Assembly: GCA_036677065.1 (NCBI GenBank)
Contig: JAKFBS010000002.1
Location: forward strand, 384,001 to 448,000
Source: Bdellovibrio sp.
Lineage (GTDB): Bacteria > Bdellovibrionota > Bdellovibrionia > Bdellovibrionales > Bdellovibrionaceae
Direction of reading: 5' to 3'
DNA length: 64,000 nucleotides
Part shown: positions 16,612-26,900 of the stretch, piece after piece
Position numbering within the stretch: position 1 is the stretch's first letter
Layout of the letters: each line of letters starts with the position of its first letter
Made by a program: the position numbers and the translations under genes
The notes under the pieces: generated by a model
The model's database searches: none
What the model was told of the DNA's origin: nothing
The model's input: the letters and a program-made list of their open reading frames with translations, nothing else

Positions 16612-18555
16612 ATGACTAACAAGCAGATTACATTTCTCGTGTTTACTATTTTCTATTTTACTTCATCGGTTCATGCAGAATCTCTTGAATTGAGTAAACA
16701 GGTTCTAGCTCCTTTTTATCAATCTGATACATTTTTAACCCAGCTGGGCTTTAAAGACTATGTGGGGCTGGCTGAAGATACATTAGATAAAAATGACGAT
16801 ATTCATCCGGTTTCAAAGCTGGTACTTGAAAAAAATCTCGATATTTATGCGCCTCTGCAATCGGCAAAATATATTGGCAACCTAACTTATGCTTTTTTAG
16901 TTCTTAATGAATCACTTCCTGTTGAGCAACGAAATAAGAATATTCAAACTGTTATAAACATAGCTACACAGCAGATCGCGGCGTTCCCGTTGATTGGTTT
17001 AGAACCGGTACAAGGCGAGGAATATCGTATAGCCCGTGGTAAAAATGCTTTAGAAATTCGTACAGAATATCTCACCAACCGAGCGGTCACCAGACACAGT
17101 ACCGAGAAACAAAACCTGATTAAATCATTTACCTATCTTTATCAGCAGCTAGAAGCTGGCCCCACGAAATCAGTAGCCGTGTTTCAGACTTGGATTGATC
17201 GCCATCTTAATAAAGCCTTGCTTGAAACTTATACCATGTCAAACACCCAGCAAAATCGCTACCTGGGGCGCGCTATCGTCTCTGTCTTAGTCAAATATGC
17301 CCGTGATAAAAAATATTCTGCACTAGAGGCGCGACTTTCTAGTCAATTACAAACAATGGATATTGTATTAACTGATTTGGTTTCTGGAAAATACACTGCT
17401 CCAGATAAACAACCTTCTTTACAACTTAAAAGCGGCGATATAGCTCTCGAATTTTCAAATGGCCAAGATGCATTTTTTACTTCGGTCGGGGTTAAACCCA
17501 CCAGTCCTGAAAATTTGAAAGTGGCACAGCAATTCAATTTAATCAGTAGCTACAGCAATATCCCCGTCTTTATTTCTCAAGAGTATTATAATAAAGCGCT
17601 AGATAAGAAAAAATCGAATCTAGTTTTAAATGAAACAGAAGAAAAAATTCTTGTCGATTTCTGGAATCCTAAAATTTCAAAAGGGTATTCGCACGCTGGC
17701 ATTGTCGAAGTTAACACCGACAAAGAGACCGGTATCTCTTTAGCGTGGGTACGAGATATTTATCCGAAGCAAGGCATCGGTGGTGTGCGCTTAATGACGC
17801 CTGAAGGTTTTGCTTATCCTGAAAGATATGTGCGCCTTGGCTTTGCCCGGTACAATCCAGAAAAAGTGCTACAGGCTTACAAACAACAAATTGAAACCCG
17901 TGGGTATAAACAATACATTATGGATAGCAATGAAAGTCAGGTTCTTATAAACCCTGATCGCGAACAAGAAGAACCTTATCTAAATAAAGCAAAGCGCCAT
18001 AAGTGGCCATCAAAGATTTCTAAAAACGAAGTTGACCAACTTATTCAAAAAGCATCTTCGATGACTGCCCAAGACTGGTATCAAAATGAATTTCTTCCTA
18101 AGGTTTTTCAACGTCTGGATGAATACGCTTCTGGTAAAGACGCTTTGGCTTTTTCTTTCAATTTTGAAAACACACGTTCTATGGCCTATTGTTCGCAGCT
18201 TGTGCGTTTAGCTTTCTTGCAAGCAACTAATTTCGATCCTGTTTCGACGCCAGATAAACTTCGTTCTCTACCTGAAATTGTTGCAAAATATTACCCGGAA
18301 AAAGTAGCCATTGATACTGAAGGCGGATTTGTTTCTCCGTCTGGTTTAGTCTGGCAATCCAGTATTATCGAAAATCATGTTCACTATAACTTTTCTCGCC
18401 AACGTGCAGAACTGCAAAACGCCACCCGCACGTTCGTTGATCATTATACGAACTACTTAGGACATAATATAACTATCAACGCTATTCCTTTAGTGATTAC
18501 ACCACAGACACTGGATCCTGAAGATGCCTACATAGATGATGACCTAAGTCTTTAG
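16612..18555 (+). CDS. Secreted protein with permuted papain-like (YiiX/YaeF, NlpC/P60 superfamily) catalytic motifs
   Basis: Signal peptide (..SVHA); LKSGDI, YSHAGIV, YCSQLV in permuted order; terminal SPSGL motif. Confidence 0.7.
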   Translation: MTNKQITFLVFTIFYFTSSVHAESLELSKQVLAPFYQSDTFLTQLGFKDYVGLAEDTLDKNDDIHPVSKLVLEKNLDIYAPLQSAKYIGNLTYAFLVLNESLPVEQRNKNIQTVINIATQQIAAFPLIGLEPVQGEEYRIARGKNALEIRTEYLTNRAVTRHSTEKQNLIKSFTYLYQQLEAGPTKSVAVFQTWIDRHLNKALLETYTMSNTQQNRYLGRAIVSVLVKYARDKKYSALEARLSSQLQTMDIVLTDLVSGKYTAPDKQPSLQLKSGDIALEFSNGQDAFFTSVGVKPTSPENLKVAQQFNLISSYSNIPVFISQEYYNKALDKKKSNLVLNETEEKILVDFWNPKISKGYSHAGIVEVNTDKETGISLAWVRDIYPKQGIGGVRLMTPEGFAYPERYVRLGFARYNPEKVLQAYKQQIETRGYKQYIMDSNESQVLINPDREQEEPYLNKAKRHKWPSKISKNEVDQLIQKASSMTAQDWYQNEFLPKVFQRLDEYASGKDALAFSFNFENTRSMAYCSQLVRLAFLQATNFDPVSTPDKLRSLPEIVAKYYPEKVAIDTEGGFVSPSGLVWQSSIIENHVHYNFSRQRAELQNATRTFVDHYTNYLGHNITINAIPLVITPQTLDPEDAYIDDDLSL

Positions 18556-18564
18556 ATTATAATT

Positions 18565-19500
18565 TTAATTTCTTTTAATAAAATCAATAATTGCCATATG
18601 AACCTGGTCTGCGACTTGGCTTACCGATTCTGCCATAAGCTGATGGGGTACATGGCCTGGACGATAATAAGTTCTTAACTCTAAATCAGAAAAGTTTTTT
18701 TTCAGCACCTTGATCTGGCTATGAGGATCTGAAACCCAATCTTCCATAGATATAATTGCGTTTACAGGAACTTCAATCTGTTTTGCCAATCTTCGATCTC
18801 TGTTTATTTTACCTAAATCTATAACTTCAAACATTGATAAAATCGGTGCTGTTTGCAGATAGGTATCCGGTGTATCGACAATAACCCGCGCATCAGCCAC
18901 AGGAACATGTTCTAAAACCCATCCCAATTCGATTTCACGAACCCCAGAAGTTTTAGCTGCCTGTAGAGCGATATTAAATTCAGGATGGTTCTGAAAAAAT
19001 GCTGAAATTAAAGTAACTGACGCTATTTTTTTATCTTCAGGATGAGTCGTTATGTAATCATGTATAATCGTTGCACCCGTCGAAAATCCAACTAAGTGAA
19101 TTTTTGAAAAACATTTTTCTGCGCGTTTGATTTCACGAACGTTCCAGCGTAGCCAGTGATCTTTCGTGTAAAAATTTGCAACTTTAGCGGTCGCACCGTA
19201 ACCAGGAATTAATCCTGAGTACACCGAATAGCCTGCGCGATTCAGCATATCTGCCACTGATTTTAATTCATTCGGGTTACCCAAAAAACCATGAATTAAA
19301 AAAACTAACTCATTTTTTTTGCCTTTAGTGGCATAGCCTTCGGCTTTATCAGTTAAATCTGAAAACTTCAGATCTAACAATCGATACTGAAGTTCACGCG
19401 AATCCATAAGTGACTCAGTACGCTCCTTGAAGTTTTCCCAACAAGTATCGGCGTGAGCATTAGCGACTAAGAATAGAGTGATAAGTATAAAGTATTTCAT
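18565..19500 (-). CDS. Secreted alpha/beta-hydrolase (carboxylesterase/lipase-like)
   Basis: Signal peptide (..NAHA); IHGF oxyanion, GFSTG nucleophile elbow, EDWVS, PH. Confidence 0.85.
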   Translation of the reverse strand: MKYFILITLFLVANAHADTCWENFKERTESLMDSRELQYRLLDLKFSDLTDKAEGYATKGKKNELVFLIHGFLGNPNELKSVADMLNRAGYSVYSGLIPGYGATAKVANFYTKDHWLRWNVREIKRAEKCFSKIHLVGFSTGATIIHDYITTHPEDKKIASVTLISAFFQNHPEFNIALQAAKTSGVREIELGWVLEHVPVADARVIVDTPDTYLQTAPILSMFEVIDLGKINRDRRLAKQIEVPVNAIISMEDWVSDPHSQIKVLKKNFSDLELRTYYRPGHVPHQLMAESVSQVADQVHMAIIDFIKRN

Positions 19501-19578
19501 TCAAGTTTTATGTTACCCACATAATCATGTCTTTTTCAAACTCGACATTGTGTGGTCTTGGTGTTAATCTAGCTGCCT

Positions 19579-20298
19579 ATGATTAAGGCTAAAACCAATG
19601 CCCAGTTACTTCAAGCACGACCTTTTACATTATCTCTAAGCTCTGGATTTTTCGGCTTTTTTGCTCATGCGGGCTTTATTCAGGCCTTAGAAGAAAAAGG
19701 GTTAAAACCAAAACTGCTTGTTGGCAGTAGCGCCGGAGCTCTAGCAGCTGCCTGTTATGCGAGCGGCTTTAGTGCAAAAGATATGGCCAAAGAATTTACC
19801 CGCATTAAAAAATCTGATTTCTGGGATGTAGGTTTTGGTTTTGGCTTAGTTCGCGGTGAAAAACTTGAAAAACTATGTGCTCAGTTTATGGCTCCTGACT
19901 TCTCTGAAGTTACAACACCGCTGCAAATATCAGCTTTTGATGTCTTTGCTTTAAAAACTAAAACGCTTGTGACTGGTTCTGTAGCTAAAGCCGTACGTGC
20001 ATCGTGCGCTGTGCCTGGCTTATTTCATCCCGTGTGTATTGATAAGCGCACCTACCTTGATGGCGGTGTCGCTGACAAAATGGGCTTATCAGGTGTATCT
20101 CGTGAAGACTTTGTCTTATGCCACAGCTTAGGCAGCACGAATGGCTTTGAATCTGCGCGTGTGAACCGAAAACATTATAAAAATTTAATGCAATTTGAAT
20201 TAAAAAATATTTCCCGCTCTGGTCCAGATCATTTGCATGTTGGCCCAGAAATTATCACTGAAGCTTACAAGCAAACTAAAACCTGGCTTGAGTCTTAA
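19579..20298 (+). CDS. Patatin-like phospholipase
   Basis: SSGFFGFFAHAG, GSSAG, RASCAVPG, DGG. Confidence 0.9.
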   Translation: MIKAKTNAQLLQARPFTLSLSSGFFGFFAHAGFIQALEEKGLKPKLLVGSSAGALAAACYASGFSAKDMAKEFTRIKKSDFWDVGFGFGLVRGEKLEKLCAQFMAPDFSEVTTPLQISAFDVFALKTKTLVTGSVAKAVRASCAVPGLFHPVCIDKRTYLDGGVADKMGLSGVSREDFVLCHSLGSTNGFESARVNRKHYKNLMQFELKNISRSGPDHLHVGPEIITEAYKQTKTWLES

Positions 20299-20363
20299 GC
20301 TTAGCGTTCTTGTTAACACAATAATAATTTGACTCTTGTTTTGCGTGCGACTTCAATTGGGGC

Positions 20364-21434
20364 ATGAAAAAAATATTTTCGTGTCTTGTTCTTAGCCTAT
20401 CGCTACCGGCACTTCTAAATGCTAAACCTTTAGTATTAGGCCATCGCGGCGCTTGCGGTTACCGTCCCGAACACACTCTGGCTTCATACCAATTAGCCAT
20501 CGATATGGGGGCTGACTACATCGAACCAGATCTTGTAAGCACGAAAGATGGCGTCTTAATCGCCCGTCATGAAAATGAAATCTCTGAAACGACTGATGTC
20601 GCCGTAAAATTTCCAGAACGCAAAACCACAAAAACTATTGATGGCAAAGCGATCACGGGTTGGTTTACAGAAGATTTTACTTTAAAAGAAATTAAAACAC
20701 TGCGAGCAAAAGAGCGATTGCCTTTTCGCGATCAAACTTTTAACGGTCAATTTGAAATTCCAACTTTTCAAGAAGTGATTGAGCTTGCCAAAAACCAAGG
20801 TAAAAAACTTAAAAGAACTATCGGTCTATATCCTGAAACGAAACACCCGACATATTTTCAAAGCATTCGACTTTCTTTAGAAGAGCCTTTAGCTAAAGAA
20901 TTAAAGGCTGCTGGCTTAAATAAGAAATCATCACCGGTATTTATTCAGTCTTTTGAATTAGGTAATCTTAAAAAATTAAAAAGTTTAACGAAGAATAAAT
21001 TAATATTTTTAATTGATGATCCAGAAGTTGTGCCCGCCGATTTTCAAGCCAGCGGTGATAAACGCACTTATCTTCAGTTAATGACTCCTGAAGGCTTGAA
21101 AGAAATTAAAAAAACTGTTGATGGTATTGGCCCGTACAAACGCTACATTTTACCGACAAAAATAGTGACCGGTAAAAATGGTGAAAAAACTGAAGAAAAA
21201 CTTTCACCAACGCCCCTTATTAAAATGGCTCACGCTGTGGGGTTATTAGTGCATCCCTACACCTTCAGAAGCGAAGAAAAGTATTTACTTAAAGAGTACA
21301 ACAAAGACCCGCAAGCAGAGTATTTAGAATTTTTTGCTTTAGGTGTTGATGGCTTATTTACAGATTTTGCTGATCACGCCGTACGTGCCCGCGAAACTTA
21401 TTTAAAATCTTTAACAAAAAAAGAAACGAGATAA
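20364..21434 (+). CDS. glpQ: Periplasmic glycerophosphodiester phosphodiesterase
   Basis: Signal peptide; GHRG, PEHT, EPDLV.TKDG, RHE, ETKHP, QSFE, VHPYT, DGLFTD. Confidence 0.92.
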   Translation: MKKIFSCLVLSLSLPALLNAKPLVLGHRGACGYRPEHTLASYQLAIDMGADYIEPDLVSTKDGVLIARHENEISETTDVAVKFPERKTTKTIDGKAITGWFTEDFTLKEIKTLRAKERLPFRDQTFNGQFEIPTFQEVIELAKNQGKKLKRTIGLYPETKHPTYFQSIRLSLEEPLAKELKAAGLNKKSSPVFIQSFELGNLKKLKSLTKNKLIFLIDDPEVVPADFQASGDKRTYLQLMTPEGLKEIKKTVDGIGPYKRYILPTKIVTGKNGEKTEEKLSPTPLIKMAHAVGLLVHPYTFRSEEKYLLKEYNKDPQAEYLEFFALGVDGLFTDFADHAVRARETYLKSLTKKETR

Positions 21435-21436
21435 TT

Positions 21437-22441
21437 ATGAAAAGAATGACTAAAAATGTTCTATTGCTTGCGGTAATGGCATTACTTCCTTTTTCTTGCA
21501 CTAAAAAAGAAGAAAAAACTAAAGTGTGGATTTATACTTCACTTTACAAAGACACAATTGCTGATATCCAACCCAAGCTTGCAGCGGCATTTCCAGATGT
21601 GGATGTGCAGTTTTACCAAGCCGGGTCTGAAGAAGTCGCTGCTAAAGTTCAAGCAGAAAACTTAGCCGGAAAAATCCAAGCTGATATTTTAATTTCTTCT
21701 GATCGTTTTTGGTATGAAGATATGGCAAGCCAGCAAAAACTGGTGGCTTACAAACCAGCTCATTCAGACAAAGTTTTAGATTTTTTCAAACATCCTGAAA
21801 ACTTTTACACGACTTTAAGCTTTCCGGTCATGGTCATTGCTTACAATTCTGAAGCCGTCAGCGAAAAAGACGCGCCTAAAACTTTCAAAGAACTAGCTGA
21901 GACAAAATGGAAAGATAAAGTTTCTACAGGTAGCCCGCTAGCTTCTGGCACAAACTTTACGACAGTAGCTTTCTTAGCGAAAAAATATGGTTGGGATTAT
22001 TTCACGCAATTACGTAAAAACAACGTGATTTCTGAAGGCGGAAACTCAGGCGTAGTGCGTAGACTGCAAAGCAAAGAACGCCCTGTAGGAGTAGTGCTTT
22101 TAGAAAACATTTTACGACTAACAACAACGGATGCACGTATTAAATTCATCATTCCTACAGATGGTGCGGTTATTCAATCCAACGTATTAGCCTTAGTCAA
22201 AAAAGATGGCGATCAAGAAAAAACAAAAAAGATTGCTGACTGGATGTTTGGACCTGAAGGCCAAGCTGCAATGGCAAGATCTTTCATGTATCCATCAGTT
22301 GCAGGCAATGCAGCTCCTATTGGCGCACCAGATTTTACAAAACTTATGGAAACAGCGCTTCCTTGGACCCGCGAATTTATCGCAGAAACTATGAAAACAC
22401 GCGAAGAAATTAAAGATAAATTCGCTAAAATTATTTTCTAA
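21437..22441 (+). CDS. ABC transporter substrate-binding lipoprotein (AfuA/FbpA/TbpA family)
   Basis: Lipobox PFSC; WIYTS, ADILIS, IAYN, P.ASGT motifs. Confidence 0.85.
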   Translation: MKRMTKNVLLLAVMALLPFSCTKKEEKTKVWIYTSLYKDTIADIQPKLAAAFPDVDVQFYQAGSEEVAAKVQAENLAGKIQADILISSDRFWYEDMASQQKLVAYKPAHSDKVLDFFKHPENFYTTLSFPVMVIAYNSEAVSEKDAPKTFKELAETKWKDKVSTGSPLASGTNFTTVAFLAKKYGWDYFTQLRKNNVISEGGNSGVVRRLQSKERPVGVVLLENILRLTTTDARIKFIIPTDGAVIQSNVLALVKKDGDQEKTKKIADWMFGPEGQAAMARSFMYPSVAGNAAPIGAPDFTKLMETALPWTREFIAETMKTREEIKDKFAKIIF

Positions 22442-22443
22442 TT

Positions 22444-24072
22444 GTGCTAAAAAAAATAGTTTACGTATTATGCATAATTTTACTTGCGGCGCTTTTTCTA
22501 AGCCCGCAGGTTTATCTATACCTAGTACCTAAACTTTCTGACTTTACCGCTGTCATTGCTAATGAAAATACGATTAAAGCGATTAAAAACACTTTTCTAG
22601 TTTCATTAACTGTAGCGGTCTTATGTTTAGCGATTGGTTTACCGCTAGCGTGGTTATTAACCCGCACAAACTTACCGTTTAAAAATTTCTTTCGTTCAGG
22701 ATTTTGCCTACCCTATGCAATTCCGCCTTTTGTTGGAGCTATTGGTTGGATCATCTTAGCAAATCCGACAAGTGGTGTTTTAAACCAATGGCTTGGATTA
22801 AATTTAAATATTTATTCTTACGCGGGTCTAATTTGGGTTGAAACCAGTTTTCTTTTCACCTTTGTACTTCTGACCGCCTTAACTGTTTTAGATCAGATGG
22901 ATTCATCTTTAGAAGAAGCCGCAAGGTTATCTGGCGCCAATGGTTTACGCGTATTTATTGATATCGCATTGCCACTCCTTCGTCCGGCGATCTTGAGTGG
23001 TTTTTTACTCTCGTTTCTGGCAACAGCTGCAAGCTTTGGTGTACCTGCACTGATTGGCGGCCCTGCAAGAATTTATTTAATGACGACCCAGATTTACACC
23101 TATCAGCGAATGGGCACGGCGAATGGCTTACAAATGAGTATCGCGGTGTCGGTCATTTTAGGTATTGCGACATTAGTTTTACTTTACGGCACGCAGTTAT
23201 TTTTTAGTGGCAATAAGAACTACACTGTCGGAGGTAAAACTTCTAGACCCTCACTTGTTCCTCTGAATATCTGGAAGCTACCGCTAACTGTGTTTTTATC
23301 GGTTTTATTTTTTATAATTTTTATTTTACCGTTATCTGGCGTTTTATTATCCGCCCTGAGTTCTGTGCAAGGCTCATGGAGCTTATCTGGTCTAACCTTA
23401 AATAACTTTAACCGTGTGTTATTTGAAACCGAAGAAACGGCACGCGCAATCAGACAGTCTTTATTTTTAGGTTTTACCAGTGCCTTAATTTGCACGGCCT
23501 TTGCGTTTATTTTTAATTATTTTATTTATAGAACTTCTTGGTTCGGCAGAACTTTTGCCAGCGTGATCGCCAGTATGCCATTCTCAACCCCGGGCACAGT
23601 CTTAGCTTTGGCGTTTATCCTCTCATTTAGCCAAGGTTTTTTTGGTGTTGGCCCTTCGCTGTACAACACGCTATTTCTAATTTTACTAGCCTACATTGTT
23701 AAATATATGAGTTTAAGTCTTAAGACTGTTGGCGATGGCTATCAGCAAATTCACCCATCGTTAGAAGAAGCTGCACGCATTTCTGGTGCTCATTGGTGGA
23801 CCATCATGCGCACGATTTATTTACCACTTTTAAAAACGGCTCTAATAGCCTCGATGTTCTTAGTGTTTATGCCAGTTTTAAGTGAACTGACGATGACTAT
23901 ACTACTCACAGGGCCGGGTTTAGAGACCATCGGTACGCTTATTTTTTCGCTGCAAGAGTATTCAGATATGGGCGGCGGCGGTGCTTCGGTCTTATCTATT
24001 ATCGTTGTTGTTTTTATTTTAATATTAAATTTTAGTTTAAAGTTTCTATCAAAGGGTCGGTACGGACTATGA
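22444..24072 (+). CDS. ABC transporter permease (AfuB/FbpB-type, two permease domains)
   Basis: Two EEAARxSGA EAA motifs, ~12 TM. Confidence 0.9.
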   Translation: MLKKIVYVLCIILLAALFLSPQVYLYLVPKLSDFTAVIANENTIKAIKNTFLVSLTVAVLCLAIGLPLAWLLTRTNLPFKNFFRSGFCLPYAIPPFVGAIGWIILANPTSGVLNQWLGLNLNIYSYAGLIWVETSFLFTFVLLTALTVLDQMDSSLEEAARLSGANGLRVFIDIALPLLRPAILSGFLLSFLATAASFGVPALIGGPARIYLMTTQIYTYQRMGTANGLQMSIAVSVILGIATLVLLYGTQLFFSGNKNYTVGGKTSRPSLVPLNIWKLPLTVFLSVLFFIIFILPLSGVLLSALSSVQGSWSLSGLTLNNFNRVLFETEETARAIRQSLFLGFTSALICTAFAFIFNYFIYRTSWFGRTFASVIASMPFSTPGTVLALAFILSFSQGFFGVGPSLYNTLFLILLAYIVKYMSLSLKTVGDGYQQIHPSLEEAARISGAHWWTIMRTIYLPLLKTALIASMFLVFMPVLSELTMTILLTGPGLETIGTLIFSLQEYSDMGGGGASVLSIIVVVFILILNFSLKFLSKGRYGL

Positions 24073-24803
24073 GCAAAGTGATTTTTGAAAATGTCGGTAA
24101 AAAGTATTTAGCTAACTGGGCTGTAAAAGATATTAATCTAACGATTGAAAACGGCGAATTTGTTAGTTTTCTTGGGCCTTCTGGTTGCGGCAAGACCACG
24201 ACCTTAAGAATGATTGCAGGCTTAGAAGAAAACTCACACGGAAAAATTTTATTTGATACCGATGTCGTATCTGATCCCGCCAGTAAAAGTTTTATGTTAC
24301 CCGAGAAGCGCAATGTCGGCATGGTTTTTCAATCTTATGCAGTATGGCCTCACATGAATGTTTTTGAAAATGTGGCTTACCCCTTAAAACTTAAAAAATT
24401 GAGCAAAGAGCAAATTAAGGCTGATGTAGAAAAAATCATGTCTATCGTTGAATTATCAGGATTAGAATTACGCAAGTCTAGCGAACTATCAGGCGGGCAA
24501 CAGCAGCGTGTAGCTTTAGCGCGCGGTTTGGTGATGCGCCCACGCATTTTATTATTAGATGAGCCGCTTTCGAATTTAGATGCAAAACTGCGTGAAAAAA
24601 TGCGCAAAGATATTCGTAAAATTCAGCAGGATTTGAAACTAACCATGGTCTATGTGACTCATGATCAGAAAGAAGCTTTTCAAATGAGTGATAAAGTCGT
24701 CGTGATGAATCATGGAAAAATTGAACAGATCGGCGCACCCTCAGAGATCCAGAAAAATCCAGTCTCTGAATTTGTCGCCGATTTTATTAAATCAGGCGAA
24801 TAA
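24069..24803 (+). CDS. ABC transporter ATP-binding protein (AfuC/PotA-type, no TOBE domain)
   Basis: GPSGCGKTT, LSGGQQQR, LLLDEP, VTHD. Confidence 0.95.
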   Translation: MSKVIFENVGKKYLANWAVKDINLTIENGEFVSFLGPSGCGKTTTLRMIAGLEENSHGKILFDTDVVSDPASKSFMLPEKRNVGMVFQSYAVWPHMNVFENVAYPLKLKKLSKEQIKADVEKIMSIVELSGLELRKSSELSGGQQQRVALARGLVMRPRILLLDEPLSNLDAKLREKMRKDIRKIQQDLKLTMVYVTHDQKEAFQMSDKVVVMNHGKIEQIGAPSEIQKNPVSEFVADFIKSGE

Positions 24804-24804
24804 T

Positions 24805-25233
24805 TTATTCGCCGCACTTAACTTTGTCTTCGTCGCACTCAAAACCATAACGGATGACTTCACTGCACTTCTGCATCACTTCAGCTTTGGCCTGAGTCAT
24901 TGACTTTTGCGTCGAGCTAAAAAGCCCTTTGCTATTCGTCTTGATGAAACACGTAGTTTTTTTAACGTTATCGTTCTCTTTTTTAAGCGCGCCATTTTCG
25001 ACCTCAAGCTCAAAAACTTGCTCTTGCAATTGACGAACAGCTTTTTCTAAACGGTAGATACGTTTTTCAAGCTCACGATTTGATGATTTTTTAGATTCAG
25101 ACCCAAGATCAATATAAACAATTTTTTCGCCTTTATAGCGACCTTTTTGCACTTCAACATAGTCATCGGCGTTTGAGATTTGGGCGATAAATGATGACAT
25201 CACTGCAACTGAACAAACGATTTTTTTAAACAT
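24805..25233 (-). CDS. Hypothetical secreted protein with coiled coil and Cys-containing C-terminal domain
   Basis: Signal peptide (..ISNA), heptad segment, four C-terminal Cys; AGGAG SD. Confidence 0.75.
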   Translation of the reverse strand: MFKKIVCSVAVMSSFIAQISNADDYVEVQKGRYKGEKIVYIDLGSESKKSSNRELEKRIYRLEKAVRQLQEQVFELEVENGALKKENDNVKKTTCFIKTNSKGLFSSTQKSMTQAKAEVMQKCSEVIRYGFECDEDKVKCGE

Positions 25234-25262
25234 GGTTATTTCTCCTATTAAATTTAAACTAT

Positions 25263-25925
25263 TTACTGGCAGGTCGCTATCGATGCGCTTGCACCTGATT
25301 CTAGATTAAAATGTTTTAACCAGGCATTAAAAAAATCACGTGGCGAAAATACCACACTATGATTTGCGACTGAATCGATTTTAGGAGCTGATACTCCGCA
25401 AGACTGAATTTCTTTAAATAGCGAAATATCATTCACGATATTAATACTTAATCCGTGTAACGTAATACCATTTTTAATCTGTAAACCACAGAAAGCAATT
25501 TTTCCAAGGTCTGTGTAAACGCCCGGTTGATCACATAAATCAATTGTCGAATTTATCTTTAATTCATTCAAAGTTTTTTGCGTGGCTTCAAATAAGGCCT
25601 GTACAAAACCTTTTACTGACATCCCGTACTGTTTCAAATCAACAATTGGATAGATCACTAACTGGCCAGGATTATGAATCGTAGCAAGGCCCCCACGCGA
25701 GATTTTATGTATAGGATACGTCCATGGCTTTACGCAAAAACTATTCACATCAGCTTTGTGAGCGCGTAATCCCAAGGTCATCACCGTTGGATGCTCTAAA
25801 CCAAGAATGTAAGATTTTTTATCTGTAGTTACTTTTGCATGATATTGATATTGCAGCTCTAAAGCTTTATCAAAATCGACTAATCCTAAATACTGTGATT
25901 CTACACTATTGGAAGACTTCAACAC
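25263..25925 (-). CDS. lipB: Lipoyl(octanoyl) transferase LipB (probable start GTG 25925)
   Basis: EHPTV.TLG, RGGLATIHNPGQLVIYPI, KIAFCG, HGLSIN, SCG. Confidence 0.9.
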   Translation of the reverse strand: MLKSSNSVESQYLGLVDFDKALELQYQYHAKVTTDKKSYILGLEHPTVMTLGLRAHKADVNSFCVKPWTYPIHKISRGGLATIHNPGQLVIYPIVDLKQYGMSVKGFVQALFEATQKTLNELKINSTIDLCDQPGVYTDLGKIAFCGLQIKNGITLHGLSINIVNDISLFKEIQSCGVSAPKIDSVANHSVVFSPRDFFNAWLKHFNLESGASASIATCQ

Positions 25926-26877
25926 GATCGCTTTCCTTAAAACCTGCACCAGAATGAATGACACCAACAGCACCATCATTACCAAAATAGCTAATAATTT
26001 CTAATGTGCCTTTGGCGCGCCCTTGAACTTTTCCTAAGTTATAGCCAACTTCAGGGTCAAAAATTTCACTAGAATCTTCAACCACTTTTAATAAGTCACC
26101 AACTTGTACGCCAGAGATACGCCCGACATTTAAATAAATTTTATCACCGCGAATAGCTGCAATCCGACCTTCCCAAGTCACATCATCCATGGCTTCTTGA
26201 ATTTGCTGCGAAAAATCCAGAAAGGCATCTTTAATTAAAATTTCAACTAATTCAGGATTTTTTAAAAAGATTTGATCTTCTGCTGCCCGTTCGGCTACAC
26301 GAGTGTTTTTCTCTTCAAGAGTCACAGTCTTTACTGTGTGATAAATTTCTTCACCAGTGCGTACGCTATGAATTCTTAAGCGCACAACGACTTCGTAACT
26401 GGCATCTAAATTTCTGACTAAACCGATTTGTTCGGCTTTTTTCTTTAAACGAACATCAATAATTTGGCCTTCAACAATCGAACTGATTCCTGATTTTTGC
26501 GAATCTTGGGCTAAACGTTTTAAGTCATATTCGTCATTTTTAATATAGTTTTCAGGATTCACTGTTAGCTGATCAGAATCCATCACGATAAATTTTTCAC
26601 TTAAATTTAAATCGTTAATAAATGCAATGCGCGCATTTGTGCGGGCAACTTCTGGACGCTTAAGAGTGTCTTTATCCAAGAATGGTAAAACGACTAAGCG
26701 CTTTTTCATCGACTTATCCTGCGAATTCGTACGGTAGTCGACATCTTTAATTTTTCGGCGAATAGCTACGGGTTCATTAATTTTTGTCTCTTCAGTGGCC
26801 GGCGCAAACGCCGCACAACCTGAAATCATAACCACGATACTTAAGGCACTTAAAATAGAAAAATTTAATGTTTTCAT
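25906..26877 (-). CDS. Lipoprotein, CsgG/FlgT-like (FlgT C-terminal-like domain)
   Basis: Lipobox ISGC; LVVLPF core; GRI....DKIYLNVG..SGV.VGD.L.V. Confidence 0.6.
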   Translation of the reverse strand: MKTLNFSILSALSIVVMISGCAAFAPATEETKINEPVAIRRKIKDVDYRTNSQDKSMKKRLVVLPFLDKDTLKRPEVARTNARIAFINDLNLSEKFIVMDSDQLTVNPENYIKNDEYDLKRLAQDSQKSGISSIVEGQIIDVRLKKKAEQIGLVRNLDASYEVVVRLRIHSVRTGEEIYHTVKTVTLEEKNTRVAERAAEDQIFLKNPELVEILIKDAFLDFSQQIQEAMDDVTWEGRIAAIRGDKIYLNVGRISGVQVGDLLKVVEDSSEIFDPEVGYNLGKVQGRAKGTLEIISYFGNDGAVGVIHSGAGFKESDRVEVFQ

Positions 26878-26900
26878 AGTGCTTATATCTTACCTCAAAA

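Noticed and set aside
15681..19500. Integrated element or prophage at tRNA-Val
   Set aside because: No integrase and no repeat of the tRNA 3' end found by eye in the window
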